In this document: positions 19,405-29,020 of the stretch, piece by piece | Numbering within the stretch: position 1 is the first letter of the stretch | Layout of the letters: the number at the start of each line of letters is the position of its first letter | Assembly: GCA_003193925.1 (NCBI GenBank) | Contig: PSPG01000004.1 | Coordinates: 96,001-160,000, forward strand | DNA length: 64,000 nucleotides | Direction of reading: 5' to 3' | Source of the DNA: Candidatus Thalassarchaeum betae | GTDB taxonomy: Archaea > Thermoplasmatota > Poseidoniia > Poseidoniales > Thalassarchaeaceae | Program-made: the position numbers and the translations under genes | The notes under the pieces: model-generated | Seen by the model: the letters and a program-made list of their open reading frames with translations, nothing else | Told to the model about the DNA's origin: nothing | Databases searched by the model: none

Positions 19405-20832
19405 TCACAGCTCCTTGATGGCCGAGTTGAGTTCGTTCATCATCTTCTTGCCGTCGCCGAACAGCATCATCGTCTTCTCCATGTAGAACAAGTCGTTGTC
19501 AACTCCAGCGTACCCCACGGACAGGCTTCGCTTGATAATCACTACCACCCTGGCCTTGTCTACGTCCAATATGGGCATCCCCGCCAGAGGGCCCTCACCC
19601 GTGCGAGCCACGGGATTCGTGGTGTCGTTGGCACCAATGACCAAGGCGACGTCGCAGTCAGTGAACTCCGAGTTGATGTCATCCATCTCGATCAGTTGCT
19701 CGTACGGGACGTTCGCCTCAGCCAGCAGGACGTTCATGTGACCGGGCATTCTGCCAGCGACCGGGTGGATGGCATAGGACACCTCGCAGTCAGCAGCCTC
19801 CATCATGTCGGCGAACTCCTTGACTGCGTGCTGGCTCTGACTGACCGCCATCCCGTAGCCCGGGACAACGATGACCTTCTGAGCCCCGTCCAGCACCATC
19901 GCGACCTCCTCGGGGTCGCTGCCTACCTTGGTGCGAGTCGGCTGATCCTTGTCGCCGGTCCCACCGAACGCCTTGAAAAGGACTTCTCGCAGGGTCCTGT
20001 TCATCGCCTTGCACATGATGAATGTGAGTATCAGACCGGCTGCGCCGACCATCGAACCGGCGATGATGAGGACGTTATTCCCAATCACGAAGCCAGTGAA
20101 CGCAGCGGCGATTCCGGACAGCGAATTCAGCATACTTACTACTACAGGCATGTCGGCCCCGCCAATCGGGATGACGAAGAGGATGCCGAGCAGGCTGGAA
20201 AATCCCACTATGCCCCAGATGTAGGCCTTGTTTGAGGGCTCTTGGATGGTCATCCAGATAAGATAAAGGGAGCCAATCAGAAGCAGGAGCTTCACGGCGT
20301 TGAGCCAAGGGGGGCCCCAAGTGGGGAATCTTAGCCACTTCTTGGTGAGAGGCACGACGAAACCGCCCTTGAGCTTCATCATCGCGACCAGTGAGCCGGT
20401 GAGGGTCATCCATCCGACCAATCCCGACAGGCCGATGGCTACCCAGACGGCGTAGAGTTCGACGCCGGGTTCCGGGACATTTCCCTCCTCGAGTCTACGC
20501 AGGACCTCGGACAGGGCTACGAGTGCTGACGCACCTCCTCCGAAGCCGTTGAACAGCGCCACTAGCTCGGGCATTCCAGTCATCTCGATGCGAGTCGCCA
20601 TCAGGGCACCGATCAGGGCCCCTATGGCCAGCCCCCCGACAATCAGCTCCCAGCCGATTATCCCCTCTGAGTACATCCTAGCCACTGTGACCAGTACAGC
20701 GAGGAACATACCCATTGCACCGATTCTGTTTCCCCGGGGGGCTGTCCTCGGACTGGAAAGCTGCTTGATCCCGAGGATGAAGAGGACGGCTGCCACCAGG
20801 TACCCGATATCCCACACCGCTGCGCTTACCAA
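19405..20832 (-). CDS. pntB: NAD(P) transhydrogenase subunit beta
   Basis: 'MPELVALFNGFGG', 'IGGADMPVVVS', 'PGYGMAV', 'HPVAGRMPGHMNVLLAEA'; TTG start. Confidence 0.97.
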   Translation of the reverse strand: MVSAAVWDIGYLVAAVLFILGIKQLSSPRTAPRGNRIGAMGMFLAVLVTVARMYSEGIIGWELIVGGLAIGALIGALMATRIEMTGMPELVALFNGFGGGASALVALSEVLRRLEEGNVPEPGVELYAVWVAIGLSGLVGWMTLTGSLVAMMKLKGGFVVPLTKKWLRFPTWGPPWLNAVKLLLLIGSLYLIWMTIQEPSNKAYIWGIVGFSSLLGILFVIPIGGADMPVVVSMLNSLSGIAAAFTGFVIGNNVLIIAGSMVGAAGLILTFIMCKAMNRTLREVLFKAFGGTGDKDQPTRTKVGSDPEEVAMVLDGAQKVIVVPGYGMAVSQSQHAVKEFADMMEAADCEVSYAIHPVAGRMPGHMNVLLAEANVPYEQLIEMDDINSEFTDCDVALVIGANDTTNPVARTGEGPLAGMPILDVDKARVVVIIKRSLSVGYAGVDNDLFYMEKTMMLFGDGKKMMNELNSAIKEL

Positions 20833-21153
20833 TCACCCACCACCCTTGCGTCTCTTACCGGCGATCATCTCCAGCATCCTGTTGGTGACCATGAAGCCGC
20901 CAACGGCGTTGATGGTGGCCATGACCAGTGCTGCGAAGGCCAACCAGGCTGCAGTTCCCGGATCGCCGTCGTTGAAGGCGGTGTTGGACAGAATCAGAGC
21001 GCCGACGATGGTGATGCCGGAGATCGCGTTGGCACCGGACATCAACGGAGTGTGCAGAGTCGATGGGACCTTGCTGATGAGCTCGAAGCCGAGGAAGATG
21101 GCCAGGACGAAGACGGTGATGCTTCCGACCAGTGCAGCGACAGTGAGGCTCAG
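20833..21153 (-). CDS. pntA: NAD(P) transhydrogenase subunit alpha part 2 (membrane), apparent CTG start
   Basis: Frame reads LSLTVAALVGSITVFVLAIFLGFELISKVPSTLHTPLMSGANAISG...; the only plausible start is CTG overlapping the pntA1 TGA. Confidence 0.9.
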   Translation of the reverse strand: MSLTVAALVGSITVFVLAIFLGFELISKVPSTLHTPLMSGANAISGITIVGALILSNTAFNDGDPGTAAWLAFAALVMATINAVGGFMVTNRMLEMIAGKRRKGGG

Positions 21154-22319
21154 TTGACCACCCCCGCCAGTCTGGACTGGTTCTCATGGATGACTCCGCC
21201 CATGCAGATTAGGACGCCACCCATCCCCGCCACGTAGAATTCGGAGCCCTCCGGGGCGCCGACGATTACGTCGTCGTCCAAGTCGAGTCGCAGTTCACCC
21301 CCCTCGACGAGTGTGATGGCGAAGTTCGTCAGGTTGTTCGAGTACAGCATGCTCGCTGTGGATGCGATCAACCCGGGCAGGTTCTCGATTCCGATGATTT
21401 TGATCCCGTGCTCAACCACGATCTTTCCAGGTCTGGTGAGCTCGCAGTTGCCGCCAACGTCAGCGTTCATGTCTACTATCACCGCGCCGTCCTTGAACGA
21501 CTTGACTGCGCTAGTGGGTACAGTGATTGGGGCGGGGCGGCCAAAGATGCGAGCGGTGGTAATGATGACATCAGCATTCTTGGCCACGTCGCAGACGGTA
21601 TCGTTGACCCTCTGGATGAACTCGGGAGTCAGGGGCTTAGCGTATCCCGACTCGTCCTCGAAGTCGTCCATGCCCTCGACCTCGATGAAACGTCCTCCGA
21701 CGGACTCGATCTCCTCGGCGGCCGACTTCCTGACATCGGATGCGTAGACGACGCCGCCGAGGCGCTTGGCAGTGGCGATGGCCTGCAGTCCTGCCACGCC
21801 GCTGCCCATGATGACGAACTTGGCGGGCTTGACGGTGCCCGCGCTCGTGGTCATCATAGGGATGACCTTCGAGATATGGGCAGCTCCCATCAGCACTGCT
21901 TTGTAGCCGGCGAGGTTATCCTGACTGGAGTTAACGTCCATGGATTGGGCCCTAGAGAGCCTCCTGGGAATCATGTCCATGCTGAGCAGGGTGACTCCAG
22001 CAGCCATTGCTTCCCTCACGCGCTCTGGGTGCCTGAACGGGTCTGCGACGCAAGCCAGCATCTGGCCTGGGCTCATCGAAGATGCGTCTGGCATGTGGAT
22101 GGCGACGAGCAGGTCGGCTGACATCACCTCGTCTCGTGATACGATCTTAGCGCCCTTGGACTCATATTTCGAGTCAGGGTAATTGGAGCGTACGCCAGCC
22201 CCCGACTGGACCAGTACCTCGAAGCCCTCCTTGCCCAGCTTCCTCAACGAATTCGGAACTATCGCGACACGGTTCTCGCCATCCGGCTCCAGCAATACTC
22301 CGAGTCGCATTTCAGACAC
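21150..22319 (-). CDS. pntA: NAD(P) transhydrogenase subunit alpha part 1 (dI, NAD(H)-binding)
   Basis: 'GENRVA', 'SRAQSMD', 'AGYKAV', 'GSGVAGLQAIATAKRLG', 'GGNCELT'. Confidence 0.96.
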   Translation of the reverse strand: MSEMRLGVLLEPDGENRVAIVPNSLRKLGKEGFEVLVQSGAGVRSNYPDSKYESKGAKIVSRDEVMSADLLVAIHMPDASSMSPGQMLACVADPFRHPERVREAMAAGVTLLSMDMIPRRLSRAQSMDVNSSQDNLAGYKAVLMGAAHISKVIPMMTTSAGTVKPAKFVIMGSGVAGLQAIATAKRLGGVVYASDVRKSAAEEIESVGGRFIEVEGMDDFEDESGYAKPLTPEFIQRVNDTVCDVAKNADVIITTARIFGRPAPITVPTSAVKSFKDGAVIVDMNADVGGNCELTRPGKIVVEHGIKIIGIENLPGLIASTASMLYSNNLTNFAITLVEGGELRLDLDDDVIVGAPEGSEFYVAGMGGVLICMGGVIHENQSRLAGVVN

Positions 22320-22516
22320 TTTCCAACTGGATGAGCCGTAGGCTCAACTTTCGACGGTTCTTTCGACTTGAGGGCGCTTATTGAAACCGTCGCCGAACCT
22401 TTCAGTCGAACAGCATCAGATTGCTGGCAGAACGCTGATTGCGATGCAGTACTTGCTAATTCATGCATCACTAAGGCTAAGTCTGACACCGGCGGCGCTC
22501 AGACCGAGGTCGCTAC

Positions 22517-23455
22517 GTGTCGAGAGGCGCTAGGAAGGTCGCAGTGATCGGAGCGGGCAACGTGGGCGCTACCTGCGCATTCGTGCTCGCTCAGATGAAT
22601 GTCGGTGAAATCGTGATGCTGGACATCTACGAGGGAGTTGCGAAGGGCAAGGCTCTCGACATGAGCCAGGGCGGGCAGATCCTCAACTACGACGGTAAGA
22701 TAACCGGTACCAAGGACTACATCGATATTGCCGGCGCCGATGTCGTGGTTGTCACCTCAGGCTTCCCGAGGCAGCCGGGCATGTCCAGAGAGGACCTGAT
22801 CGGCAAGAACGCTGACATCATCTCCGAGGTCGGAGACGGAATCAAGGGGCACGCACCTGACTCGGTGATCGTGATGGTGACCAATCCACTAGACCTGATG
22901 ACCTACCATATGCAGAGGGTCACGGGCTTCCCCCACCACCGAGTCGTCGGACAGGCAGGAATCCTCGACTCGGCCAGAATGACCCACTTCGTCGCTCAGG
23001 AACTCGGTTGCAGCAACGAGGACGTGCAGGCGATGGTGCTCGGCGGGCACGGTGACACGATGGTGCCGCTGCCGCGATACACCACTGCAGGGGGCATCTC
23101 GATCACCCACCTGATGGAAGAGGAGACCATCGACGCCATCTGCGCGCGTACCGCCGCAGGCGGCGGCGAGATAGTCAAGCTCCTCGAGCACGGCAGTGCG
23201 TTCTACGCGCCCGGCAGTGCTGCCGCCATCATGGCAGAGTCTATCATCAACGACAGGAAGAGAATGCTGCCCTGCAGCGCCTACCTGACTGGCCAGTACG
23301 GCATGGAGGACATCTACATCGGCGTGCCGGTAATTCTGGGCAGCGGCGGAGTAGAGCGAGTTGTCGAGTTGAAGCTAGAAGATTCGGAATTGTCGAGCCT
23401 GCAGGGCTCGGGCGCCTTCTACAAGGAGCAACTGAGTCAGATACTCGGATACTGA
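22517..23455 (+). CDS. mdh: Malate dehydrogenase (LDH-like)
   Basis: 'GAGNVG', 'GFPRQPGMSREDL', 'TNPLD', 'LDSAR', 'GGHGD'. Confidence 0.95.
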   Translation: MSRGARKVAVIGAGNVGATCAFVLAQMNVGEIVMLDIYEGVAKGKALDMSQGGQILNYDGKITGTKDYIDIAGADVVVVTSGFPRQPGMSREDLIGKNADIISEVGDGIKGHAPDSVIVMVTNPLDLMTYHMQRVTGFPHHRVVGQAGILDSARMTHFVAQELGCSNEDVQAMVLGGHGDTMVPLPRYTTAGGISITHLMEEETIDAICARTAAGGGEIVKLLEHGSAFYAPGSAAAIMAESIINDRKRMLPCSAYLTGQYGMEDIYIGVPVILGSGGVERVVELKLEDSELSSLQGSGAFYKEQLSQILGY

Positions 23456-23476
23456 GTCCGCTGGATTCATTCGGAC

Positions 23477-24262
23477 GTGTCATCTGGGCAGGCCGTGGAA
23501 CGACAGTGCGAGCACGTCCACCTGGAGCACGACGGCAAGCTGTTGCTCGTGGACATGGACGGCAGCGGTCCGGGCATCCCGAAGAAGGGACGCACCGAGT
23601 GGGACGGGGGCGAGTTCCTGCTGAGGCTGCCGACGCCCGACGAGGCTCGGTCGATGGGCCTGACTTGGAAGGAGAGGAGGGTCAATCACTTCCGGCTCGG
23701 CACCGATGACCATCAAGTGACTGTGGCCACGCCCGATATCATGTGGCCGGAGCACTGGGCATGGAAGGACGCGGTCATCAGCGACAGCGCGGTCGATCCG
23801 GTTGCTCGCGAGTCGGTCTACAGGACAATGCACAGGGTCGTCAGCAAGGTCGTCATCACTAATCCGGACGGATGCATCCTGATGGCCAAGGTCACGAGGG
23901 GCTTCTTCACTGGCTGCTGGACGCTACCTGGCGGCTTCGTGGACTACGGCGAGCACCCACGCAAGGGTGCGGAGCGCGAAGCGCTGGAAGAACTGGGGAT
24001 AAGCATCACGATCCCAGATCCCAAGGGGGAATCGGGAGAAGCGGTTTCGGGGGACGACGGCGCACTGATCCAAGAGGCGATATTCCTCCAGGACGGAATC
24101 AACTGGATCTCGTTCACCTATCGCTGCGAGGCCGATATCCCACCTGAAGACATAGTGCCGAAGGATGACGAAATCGAGGAAGCTCGCTGGTTCACGCCTG
24201 AGGAAGCGTTGGACAACGCGGTTTCTCTGTTCGACATCGAAGCGATACTGAGGATCAAATAA
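23477..24262 (+). CDS. NUDIX hydrolase with N-terminal extension
   Basis: Nudix box 'GGFVDYGEHPRKGAEREALEELG'. Confidence 0.88.
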   Translation: MSSGQAVERQCEHVHLEHDGKLLLVDMDGSGPGIPKKGRTEWDGGEFLLRLPTPDEARSMGLTWKERRVNHFRLGTDDHQVTVATPDIMWPEHWAWKDAVISDSAVDPVARESVYRTMHRVVSKVVITNPDGCILMAKVTRGFFTGCWTLPGGFVDYGEHPRKGAEREALEELGISITIPDPKGESGEAVSGDDGALIQEAIFLQDGINWISFTYRCEADIPPEDIVPKDDEIEEARWFTPEEALDNAVSLFDIEAILRIK

Positions 24263-24281
24263 TTGCAGGCGGTCAATCAAG

Positions 24282-24359
24282 TGGTGGGCCCGCCAGGATT
24301 TGAACCTGGGTCTATTGGTCCCAAACCAACAAGCATAAGCCAGACTAACCCACGGGCCC
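24282..24359 (-). tRNA. tRNA-Pro(TGG), CCA encoded
   Basis: GGGCCCG/CGGGCCC acceptor stem, anticodon loop TT-TGG-GA, T-loop TTCAAAT, 3' ACCA. Confidence 0.95.
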
Positions 24360-24396
24360 TGATGTCGTTCCACATGAAGGGCTCGCATGAAGGTTA

Positions 24397-24822
24397 CTAG
24401 AGCCATGACCAACTGTCGGCACTAGCGCGGATGAGCACTCCACCCAACTCGGCCTGACCGAGTATCTGCTCTGCTGAGGGCTCGTCGATGCCCTCCTTCC
24501 CGAGTTCTCTGGACAACGACTTCAGCGTCAGCGTGCCATCACTCCCGGTCGATTGCCGCATGATCCTCTTGATTACCTCCGGACCGCCTCTCGTCACCTC
24601 GGCCACGACACTTCGCCTGCTCTCCTCGGCGGCTGTGCGTGACTCAACCTCTTGGCTGATCTGACGAGGCAGGTTGGAGGCTGCCACAGCCTCGGCCAGC
24701 TGCTCGGTCGAGTGGAACTCCCTGAGGGTCTTGCCCGAACCTGAGGAGCCACAACGGGGGCAATTGGCTATGGCGACCTTTCGAGCGCCGAAGGAGTTGC
24801 CGCACGAGCATTTGACTAGCAC
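24397..24822 (-). CDS. Zn-ribbon hypothetical protein
   Basis: N-terminal 'CSCG...CPRCG'; start GTG 24822 or 24837. Confidence 0.75.
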   Translation of the reverse strand: MLVKCSCGNSFGARKVAIANCPRCGSSGSGKTLREFHSTEQLAEAVAASNLPRQISQEVESRTAAEESRRSVVAEVTRGGPEVIKRIMRQSTGSDGTLTLKSLSRELGKEGIDEPSAEQILGQAELGGVLIRASADSWSWL

Positions 24823-24931
24823 CCAAACCCGGTCCACGGAGGGTCTTGAAAATCCCGGTTCAAGAGGTTGTCTCGGTAGAAAGGCATCATTCCTAGGCCG
24901 ATTTGATGTATCATCGGCCTCTGCGAGGTCC

Positions 24932-25210
24932 ATGCGCAAGCTGCGAATCGCAATCGGATGGGTGCTCGCAGTGGTGCTGATCGGGCTCTCTGCCAACAGC
25001 TTTGCATCAGAGGGTGATCTGACGACTGAGGCATGGGGTTTCCTGCTTCTGACGCCGCTCGCGCTGGCGATAGCGCTCAGTCCTACGGCTCCATGGGAGA
25101 ACGATGCTACCGAGAGCGCTGAGCCCTGGGACGATGAGGATGAGAGTGAGAGCGGGGCGAAGGACGTGCCTGACCCTATCGAGGCTGGCTTCGACGTGCC
25201 GGTCCTGTAA
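24932..25210 (+). CDS. Small two-TM membrane protein with acidic tail
   Basis: 'MRKLRIAIGWVLAVVL', tail 'PDPIEAGFDVPVL'; TTGAT 24 nt upstream. Confidence 0.75.
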   Translation: MRKLRIAIGWVLAVVLIGLSANSFASEGDLTTEAWGFLLLTPLALAIALSPTAPWENDATESAEPWDDEDESESGAKDVPDPIEAGFDVPVL

Positions 25211-27127
25211 TCAGGACAACCGCAGGGTCTCTAGGTTCGCGGGTGCGTAGGTCTGGACCCTGAACTTCTCCCTCAGACCCTGTCGGAAGGCGTTGCAGGT
25301 TTGGGGATCTCCGTGGTGGCAGATTATCTTCCTCGGAGTCGGGTTCAGAGCGTCGACGTAGTCGAATAACTGGTTCCTGTCGGAGTGGCCGCTGAACCCG
25401 TCAATGGTGACCATGTTGCACCTGATGTCGATCATCAGCGTCTGACCCTTGTCCATGATCGGGACCTGTGCGTGACCCTGCTGCAAGCGCCTGCCTAGGG
25501 TTCCGGATGCCTGATAGCCGACGAAGCACAGGGTGTTGCCCGGTTCGGGCGCCCAGTGTTTGAAATACTCAACGATAGGGCCGCCCGTCATCATTCCGCT
25601 GGTCGCGAGGACGATGGACGGGTTGGGATCGAGGAGGAGGGAGTCGCGCTGCTCCCTCGAGTCAACCTGCTTGAACCACGAAGAATTGAACGGATTCTCG
25701 GCCCCCCCCTTGAGCATCTGCCTGCGAAGATCACGATTCAGGAAATTCGGGTGGCTCGTGTGAATCGCGGTGGCTTCGGATATCATCCCGTCCAGCCAGA
25801 CGGTGACAGGCTTCACTTTGCCCGACTTGAACAACTGGTCGATTGCTATCATTACCTCCTGTGAGCGGCCCACTGCGAAGACAGGGCAGAATATCTTGCC
25901 ACCCCGGCCGACTGCATCCTGAATCAGGTCATGCAGCTCGTGGGTCGCCTGCTGCCTAGTGGGCTGCACGTCCTGGGGTCCGCCGTATGTCGACTCTATC
26001 ACGAGCGTCTCGACCTTGGGGAACCTCACAGTTGCAGCGTCGAACAGCCACGATTTCTCGTACTTGATGTCACCGGAGAAGAGCAGCTTGTGCTCGCCCT
26101 TGCCCTCGCCTATCTGCATGTAAACGCTGGATGAACCGAGGATGTGCCCGGCGTTCTCCATGGTCATCTTGATGTCAGGGGCTATGTCTGTCTTGTCACC
26201 CCAGTTGACATCGATGACGTGCTTGATGCACTCCTGGATGTCGGCCTTGGAGTAGGGTGCCTCGTTGCCCTCTGCCTGTGCGACCTTGATGTAGTCTATC
26301 TGCAGGAGTGTCATCAGGTCCCTAGTCGGAGGGGTGCAGTACACCGGACCCGTGTAGCCATACTTGAACAGGACCGGGAGCATCCCAATGTGGTCGATGT
26401 GGGCATGGGTGATCACAACCGCGTCGAGATTCTCGAGCGGTAGCAACTCTGGCGCGGCGAAGAAGGGCTCGACCTCGCTACGATTGGTAGTGGGCTTGGC
26501 GCCGCAGTCGACCAGCACCTTGGACTCGTTCGTGGTCACCAGGTGCATGGACCTGCCAACTTCACGATAGGAGCCTAGAGCAGTGACTCGTACCCAAGGC
26601 TCGCCGAGTCGCTGGGTGCGGTATATCCGAGTCCCGAACTTCCTGAGCAGGGACTTCCTCTCGTCAGCCAGCTCCTTGCGATAGCGTCGGATGTCATGCT
26701 GGGTTCGGCTCCCTATAGCTGGAGCCCTGACGACATCGACCAACCAGCCTATCTGGTCCCTCAGGGCACGCACGTTAGAGCCCTTGGGGCCGACGGCAGA
26801 AGATGGATCGTCACACTCGAGTACAACTTGACTGAGAGCTGGGTCGAGCCAAATTTTGCGGACTTCTGCCTCGGCCGGAATCATCTGAGCGACAGCGTCG
26901 TGCACGGCCTTCTCGTCAGCTAGGATTTCACTGTGGGGCCTGATTACGACGCGTCGCTTGATTGTCTTGGCTATTCTCACGGTAAGATTGTTCCCTGAGC
27001 CTCCGAAGGCTGCGGGCTGCTTCGTCACGATGGCGATCGAACCCGCCTCGACATCGACCTCGTAGTCGACGTCGTCTGGTATCATCTTGGAGATCTTCTT
27101 CTTCAGCTCACTGAGCGTCAGGCGCAT
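25211..27127 (-). CDS. fttA: KH-domain beta-CASP ribonuclease aCPSF1 (transcription termination factor FttA)
   Basis: N-terminal KH domains, 'EVGRS', 'THAHIDH', 'AGHILGS', 'FAVGRSQE', 'FSGHSDR'; adjacent to psmB. Confidence 0.95.
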   Translation of the reverse strand: MRLTLSELKKKISKMIPDDVDYEVDVEAGSIAIVTKQPAAFGGSGNNLTVRIAKTIKRRVVIRPHSEILADEKAVHDAVAQMIPAEAEVRKIWLDPALSQVVLECDDPSSAVGPKGSNVRALRDQIGWLVDVVRAPAIGSRTQHDIRRYRKELADERKSLLRKFGTRIYRTQRLGEPWVRVTALGSYREVGRSMHLVTTNESKVLVDCGAKPTTNRSEVEPFFAAPELLPLENLDAVVITHAHIDHIGMLPVLFKYGYTGPVYCTPPTRDLMTLLQIDYIKVAQAEGNEAPYSKADIQECIKHVIDVNWGDKTDIAPDIKMTMENAGHILGSSSVYMQIGEGKGEHKLLFSGDIKYEKSWLFDAATVRFPKVETLVIESTYGGPQDVQPTRQQATHELHDLIQDAVGRGGKIFCPVFAVGRSQEVMIAIDQLFKSGKVKPVTVWLDGMISEATAIHTSHPNFLNRDLRRQMLKGGAENPFNSSWFKQVDSREQRDSLLLDPNPSIVLATSGMMTGGPIVEYFKHWAPEPGNTLCFVGYQASGTLGRRLQQGHAQVPIMDKGQTLMIDIRCNMVTIDGFSGHSDRNQLFDYVDALNPTPRKIICHHGDPQTCNAFRQGLREKFRVQTYAPANLETLRLS

Positions 27128-27205
27128 TCATTCACTTCCCTAGTAAACTCACGGCAGTACTTGTCTCCCCGAGAATGGGGGGCTGGCACTTGGCCGGGAG
27201 TGGAA

Positions 27206-27841
27206 TCAGATTCCGGATAAGAGGGCAGAGACCTCGTCTTCGGAGAGCAGGCAGAACCCGTCGCCGCTTGTGATGACGGCTAGGTCCATGCCATTGCCGC
27301 TCGCAGAGTCGCGCTGAGCGGATGCGAGCAGGGCCTTCGCTGCGACCTTGAGGGCCTCATCCCGGGACATTCCCTCGGAGAACTGGTCCTCAAGGACGCC
27401 GTACATGAAGGGGCTTCCCGAGCCAGTGGCGCAGTATATGTCTGGAATCGAGCCGCCGGCGGAGTCAATGCTGTACACGCTAGGCCCGGAGTCGTCGACT
27501 CCGACAATCAGGATCTGGACGTAGTGGGCGCGACCGGCAAGGATGTTAGCAGTCAGTGTAGCAGCCCCCTTGACAGTCATCGAAGTGCCGTGCTTGAGCT
27601 CGTAAAGGCGCAACTCGGCGACGAGTGTCCGCGAGAGTGACTGAGCGTGACCGACGAGGCCGGCGGTAGTCAGAGCGATCGAGTTGGAGATGCGAAACAG
27701 TTTCTGAACGCGCTTGTTGACGATGAAGTGGCCCATGGTGGCCCTGTGGTCGGCGCCAACTACGACTCCGCCATCGAAAGTGAGGCCTAAGGTGCTGGTG
27801 CCCGTCCTCACTACATCTGCGGTCTCGTTCATCGAAGTCAC
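27206..27841 (-). CDS. psmB: Proteasome subunit beta
   Basis: Short propeptide then 'G/TSTLG', 'ADHRAT', 'TGSGS', 'RDSASG'. Confidence 0.95.
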   Translation of the reverse strand: MTSMNETADVVRTGTSTLGLTFDGGVVVGADHRATMGHFIVNKRVQKLFRISNSIALTTAGLVGHAQSLSRTLVAELRLYELKHGTSMTVKGAATLTANILAGRAHYVQILIVGVDDSGPSVYSIDSAGGSIPDIYCATGSGSPFMYGVLEDQFSEGMSRDEALKVAAKALLASAQRDSASGNGMDLAVITSGDGFCLLSEDEVSALLSGI

Positions 27842-27997
27842 CTGCTGCGGCGAAGTCCCCAGCGAACCCGACTCGATTCGGGCCCCTTATCAATGCGACG
27901 GGGAAGGAGGCTGGATTATCATTCAAAGCGCCGCAAACCACTTTTCCTCGCCAGTGCGGACCGCAGAAGTCAAGGCACGTGGTTCAGGCGATTGGGC

Positions 27998-28411
27998 GTG
28001 GCCAAGGATGAGGACAGAGGCCCACGCTGGATAGAGATGCCCAGCGTGCCTGAGGATACCGGCACGGCCGTGGAGCCGGGACAGGACTACCACGACCTGG
28101 GCGTTCGGTACCCCGATGCACCCGTCTCGCGAGGCGTGGGCGACGCGATAGTCCACCGTGCCGTGCTTGACGATATCACCGGGGTTCCCATGGTGATGGA
28201 CTGGGTCTCCGACGGGGATCTCGTGATCGTCGAGATGAGCAGGCTCCTAAGCAGGGAGCTCGAGCTACAGACCGCGGTCGAGAGGATAAGGTGCTTCGTC
28301 GAGGACGACTTGTCAGGCGAGGTTGTCAGGCTGGGGGACTCGAGGCTGCTTCTGCTACCTGTGAACTTCAAGAGCACACGCAAGTCCGAGGACCGTCCCC
28401 TGTACCTCTGA
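27998..28411 (+). CDS. sepF: Cell division protein SepF (archaeal type)
   Basis: 'GDLVIVEM', 'GEVVRLGDSRLLLLP'; sepF-ZPR1 adjacency; start uncertain. Confidence 0.8.
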   Translation: MAKDEDRGPRWIEMPSVPEDTGTAVEPGQDYHDLGVRYPDAPVSRGVGDAIVHRAVLDDITGVPMVMDWVSDGDLVIVEMSRLLSRELELQTAVERIRCFVEDDLSGEVVRLGDSRLLLLPVNFKSTRKSEDRPLYL

Positions 28412-28420
28412 GGTGGCTCG

Positions 28421-29020
28421 ATGGAAAGCACGATCGAGCAGCCCTGCCCGGTTTGCTCCTCAGACGCTGGTCTGACGATGATCGCGCGCACATCTGAGAT
28501 TCCGTATTTCGGGGAGCATACCCAACTCACCATACTGTGCGACGCGTGTGGGTGGAAGCACACCGACTTCATCCCGGCAGAGGGCACGAAGCCGGGAGCC
28601 TGCACGATGCTCATCGACTCGCCCGGGCACATGACTGCTAGAGTCGTGCGCTCCCCCTCGTGCACTGTCAGGCTGGTGGAACTTGACCTCGAGGTCAAAC
28701 CGGGTGTCAGCTCCACCGGGTATATCTCTAACGTCGAGGGCGTGTTCAACAGGTTCGAAGATGCCATCAGCATGCTCCAGAGGCAGGCCATGAGCGAGCA
28801 CGAAGGCAGTCAGGCGGCCGCTGAATGCGCCGCTCTACTAAATGAGATGGCTCGCATCAAAGCCGGGCAATCGAGTGTCGAGCTCGTCCTGCTAGACCCC
28901 ATGGGGCACAGCCAGATACTGCATGAGGATGCGGTCTCCCGCGAGTTGAGAGAGGAGGAGATGGAAGTCCTGTCAACCGGGCCTTCGGTTCCAGTATTCG
29001 ACGCTGGAGACCTAGCCTAG
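28421..29020 (+). CDS. ZPR1 zinc finger domain protein
   Basis: 'CPVC...IPYFGE...CDACG', 'VVRS', 'GYISNVEG', 'DPMGHS'. Confidence 0.93.
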   Translation: MESTIEQPCPVCSSDAGLTMIARTSEIPYFGEHTQLTILCDACGWKHTDFIPAEGTKPGACTMLIDSPGHMTARVVRSPSCTVRLVELDLEVKPGVSSTGYISNVEGVFNRFEDAISMLQRQAMSEHEGSQAAAECAALLNEMARIKAGQSSVELVLLDPMGHSQILHEDAVSRELREEEMEVLSTGPSVPVFDAGDLA

